The notes under the pieces were generated by a model. The model ran no database searches, was not told the DNA's origin, and saw only the letters and a list, made by a program, of their open reading frames with translations. Made by a program: the position numbers and the translations under genes. A stretch of 64,000 nucleotides of DNA from Vicugna vicugna. Its lineage: Eukaryota. This document shows, piece after piece, positions 61,140 to 64,000 of this stretch. Every line of letters begins with the position of its first letter. Position 1 is the first letter of the stretch. The stretch spans positions 7,525,598 to 7,589,597 of the forward strand of contig MU059161.1 of the NCBI GenBank assembly GCA_013265495.1, read 5' to 3'.

Positions 61140-61500
61140 ACAGCGGATACTCACGTCGCACTTCCTGGGGGCCAAGCATGGGTCTAAGTGCTTTATGTGT
61201 ACTAAGTCATTTGGTCCTCGGCCCTATGCTGTGACATACTTACTATTGTTGCCTCCTTTTTTTTTTTTAAGTGGGGGGAGGTGATTAGGTTTTATTTAAT
61301 CGAGATATTGGGGATTGAACCCGGGACCTTGTGCATGCTACGCACGTTCTCTACCACTGAGCTATATATACCCTTCCCCTCCGTTGCCACCATTTTGCAG
61401 ACAGAGGAACTGAGGCCCAGAGAGGTTAAGTGATGCACGCAAGGTCACACAGTAGTGGGATCACATTTGAGTCCAGGCAGGCTAACTCCATAGGGCACAC
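61140..61500 (-). mobile_element. MIR SINE interrupted by a Vic-1-type SINE
   Basis: ctaagtgctttatgtg...tcatttggtcctc...tactattgtt [SINE] ccattttgcagacagaggaactgaggcccagagaggttaagtga...aaggtcacacag. Confidence 0.85.
61257..61382 (-). mobile_element. Vic-1-type tRNA-Ala-derived SINE
   Basis: Reverse complement TAGCTCAGTGGTAGAGAACGTGCGTAGCATGCACAAGGTCCCGGGTTCAATCCCC...AAACCTAATCACCTCCCCCC + A tail; A box 61354-61364, B box 61312-61321. Confidence 0.85.
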
Positions 61501-62094
61501 TCTTCCCTCTGATATTAGCCTCTCACAGCTAAAGGGGCGGCACTGGAGTAAGGGAGGTGAGTAGGTGTGGGTAGTTGAGTCACATGAGTCACACTCCTCT
61601 CCTGACCACACTCCCAGCTCCAGTTTCTCGTCCCCTTTGGGGCCTCAGTACAGGCTGCTGGTAGCTGAGCAGGTAGGAAGGACAGTGATGCCTTTAATTC
61701 CGCAGCCCACAGGAATCTTTTTCCCCTGAGGTCACGGGAAATCAAGTACGTTCACCTGTAATTAGAGCGAGTGCAGAGGAGTCAAGTGTCAGATCTTATG
61801 CAAGATTTCCAGGTCGTTGCATCGGGGTTAGCAAGGCACTAACATTGTTTCCCAATCACCCAAGAGGAACCACACGCCAGCTGGTCCCCCGAGGGCCGGA
61901 GCAGCTGGCCTCTCCACCCGAGAGCTGGGAACACGGTGTGGACCTAGAGCTCCGTTGGTAGAATTGGGCTGAGAACCACCTGCTCAGGTTCAAGTGAAGG
62001 GGAGGAAACCAAGTGCCGGAAGAGGCTCCCCTGGGAACGCTGTGTCCAGTCCCTTACACCTCCTCGCAGTGGCCTGGTCTCGTGGTAGTAGCCC

Positions 62095-62225
62095 CGCTTC
62101 TACAGACAGGGTGACTGGGGCTCAGAGAGGTGAAGTCGTTTTCCTAGAGTCACACAGCAAGGAAGACGACCAGCCAAGATCTGAACCCAGGGCAGTCTGA
62201 TGCTAGAGCCCTAACTCTTAAAACA
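62095..62225 (-). mobile_element. MIR SINE
   Basis: acagggtgactggggctcagagaggtgaagtcgttttcctagagtcacacagc...tctgaacccagggcagtctg. Confidence 0.8.
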
Positions 62226-62981
62226 AGTGGCCAGAATGACACCCACGTCAGTCTGTCTCCAAAACCCCCAATTCTTCCACTGCACCCCCACCACCCCTGT
62301 GGGCTCTGGTGGGATCCAGATGAAAGAAGGGCGTCTGCTCTGCATCTGGGCGGAAACCCACACTAGCTGGCAGTCAGGAGCTGATGCTGAGGTCGTGGGC
62401 CCCAGGCAGGTTTTTTCTGTTCACCTCATACCTTGGAGTTGAGGAGACTCTCCCAGAACAGGCTGCAGGAGCTGGGGAAGGGGGGGAGTGGAACAGGAGG
62501 AGAAGGTGGAGGAGGAAAGGGAAGAGGGGGCGGAGAGGTGACGCCAGGCGGGAGTGTAGCTCCGTCAGAGACCTCAGGAAAGACTGCGTTTCCCTGTTCC
62601 TCCCAGCGTCAGAGAAAGCCAGGACTCGGGTTCAGTCATGCCACTGACGCTTACTGGGGGCCCCGACGAGGGTCTGGAGACACGGCAGGGGACAACCCCT
62701 AACAAGGTCCCTGCCCTCGTGCAGGTTACACTCTGATGGGGGAAGACCAACCAAGAGCCATGGCCAGATGAGGGTCAAGGCCATCTGTCTCGGGGGTGAT
62801 AAGTTGTAAGGAAGTGTGACAAGGTGGGGTGGGGGGCAGGTCCCAACAGGGGAACATCCTTCAGGCCTTTTGGGATGGCAGCCCTCCAACCCGTGTGGTA
62901 CACCAGCCAGCACCGTTTCCCCCGCTGCCCGACCCCTGCCCTCTGCGCCCACCTCACCCCTGTCCCCTTTGCTCTCTGCAG

Positions 62982-63043
62982 GTTTGACATCTACAGGAAG
63001 GTGCCCAAGGACCTCACGCAGCCGACGTACACCGGGGCCATTA
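62982..63043 (+). CDS. ERGIC1: ERGIC1 coding exon 2 (62 nt), (R)FDIYRKVPKDLTQPTYTGAI
   Basis: Polypyrimidine tract tgtcccctttgctctctgcAG (AG 62980-62981); branch-like CTCAC with A at 62956; donor GTGAGT at 63044; peptide matches my recollection of the ERGIC1 N-terminal region before TM1. Confidence 0.97.
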
Positions 63044-64000
63044 GTGAGTAGCCCCCTTCTCGCCATGGCTCCCGGGCTGGTACCTGCCCTCCCTCTGCAG
63101 AACTGCTGGGCCAGGGAGGGAAGGAGGAGGGGAGAAATGGTGGGCATCTTGCTGGGCCCTGCCTCGAGTTCCACAGCTCATCTCTGTCCTGACTGTAACC
63201 CCGCAAGGTATAGCATCCCTGTTTCTGGAAGGAGACACCAGAAATCATCAAAAGTGGCTGCCCCTGGGCAGGGAAGCAGGGGCTCGGGGCTCGGAGGGAG
63301 ACTTACTTTTCTCTTCACACCTGTTAGGCTCTTGGAGGTTTGGGCATGAGTATATTTCTAGCCATTTAAAAAATAAACGTCTCACGCAGATTTTGGTTTC
63401 TGACTGCCAGTCTTCACTAAGAGGACCTAGGGCTCCTTGGAGAAGTGGCTGATGGCAGGGCTGGGGCGGGAAATGTGCAAAACAAGCCTGGGGCACCTTG
63501 TGCCAGAAAGCAAAACAGTGTTTGGAGGTTAAAAAAGGGGTGGGGGGATGTCAGCAGGACACAGGAGCCGACCGGACAGAGAACAAAGACCAACACTGGG
63601 GCAGTTTGAGTAACACAGTAAATCACGGCATTATTGGCTTATAACGCGAAGAGTTAAGAAAAAGGTCCATGAGTCCATGCCGTTCTAAATAAATGGGGGA
63701 GAAGAGATGAATCTTCCGGACAGAGGAATTCCAAATCATGTACACGAATCTATCCCCCTCCAGGAGGTAGACTTGACTCTCCTCTCCTGAAGTGTGGGCT
63801 AGTGGCTCGCTCTTAAAGAGGAGAATGGAAGGGAAATAATAACTTTACGGTGGAGCCATCCAGAGGCGGCCCCTTCACTCGGTGAGAAAGGTTCGCGTCA
63901 ACCCGTGAGAGGTCACGTGGGTGTCACACGCCCCTGCGGGGGTGTGATGGGAAAGGCACCCACCTCTGTGGGATCTTCCCCTAAAACCACAGCCCAGTCT
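63044..64000 (+). other. ERGIC1: ERGIC1 intron 2 (partial, phase 1)
   Basis: Donor GTGAGT after exon 2; no further ERGIC1 coding sequence recognised before the window ends. Confidence 0.85.
63690..64000 (+). mobile_element. L1MB/MC-class 3' UTR relic (runs off window)
   Basis: gaggaattccaaatcatg...ccctccaggaggtag...ctcctgaagtgtgggc...aataactttacggtggag...cacctctgtgggatcttccc. Confidence 0.7.

Larger units (their letters stand above)
16876..62981 (+). other. ERGIC1: ERGIC1 intron 1 (46,106 nt, phase 2, GT-AG)
   Basis: GTGAGT donor to TGCAG acceptor; split codon AG|G restores Arg and the open frame. Confidence 0.93.

Overview
Mammalian genomic DNA, GC-rich and dense in repeats. It is most likely a camelid (camel, alpaca or llama), because it carries three tRNA-Ala-derived Vic-1-type SINEs and cetartiodactyl-type L1 3' ends. 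The only protein-coding gene I can support is the 5' part of ERGIC1 on the + strand. It has a CpG-island, TATA-less promoter (~16500-17250), a 20-nt first coding exon (16856-16875), a 46,106-nt intron 1 and a 62-nt exon 2 (62982-63043). Spliced, these read MPFDFRRFDIYRKVPKDLTQPTYTGAI. The rest is intergenic or intronic sequence filled with L1, L2, MIR, MaLR/ERV LTR and hAT relics. The other ORFs in the six-frame track look like chance ORFs or repeat remnants. Four N-runs lie inside L1 fragments. I found no convincing novel gene system. The best second-look items are: a candidate poison cassette exon in intron 1; a three-copy hairpin direct-repeat array; several well-preserved retrotransposition scars (a twin-primed inverted L1, a poly(A)-only insertion with a 16-bp TSD, a chimeric L1 tail, a SINE inside a MIR); and motif-dense candidate enhancers. 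Repeat boundaries and subfamily names come from recalled consensus sequences and are approximate (about +/-20-50 nt) unless a TSD is quoted. No searches were run.
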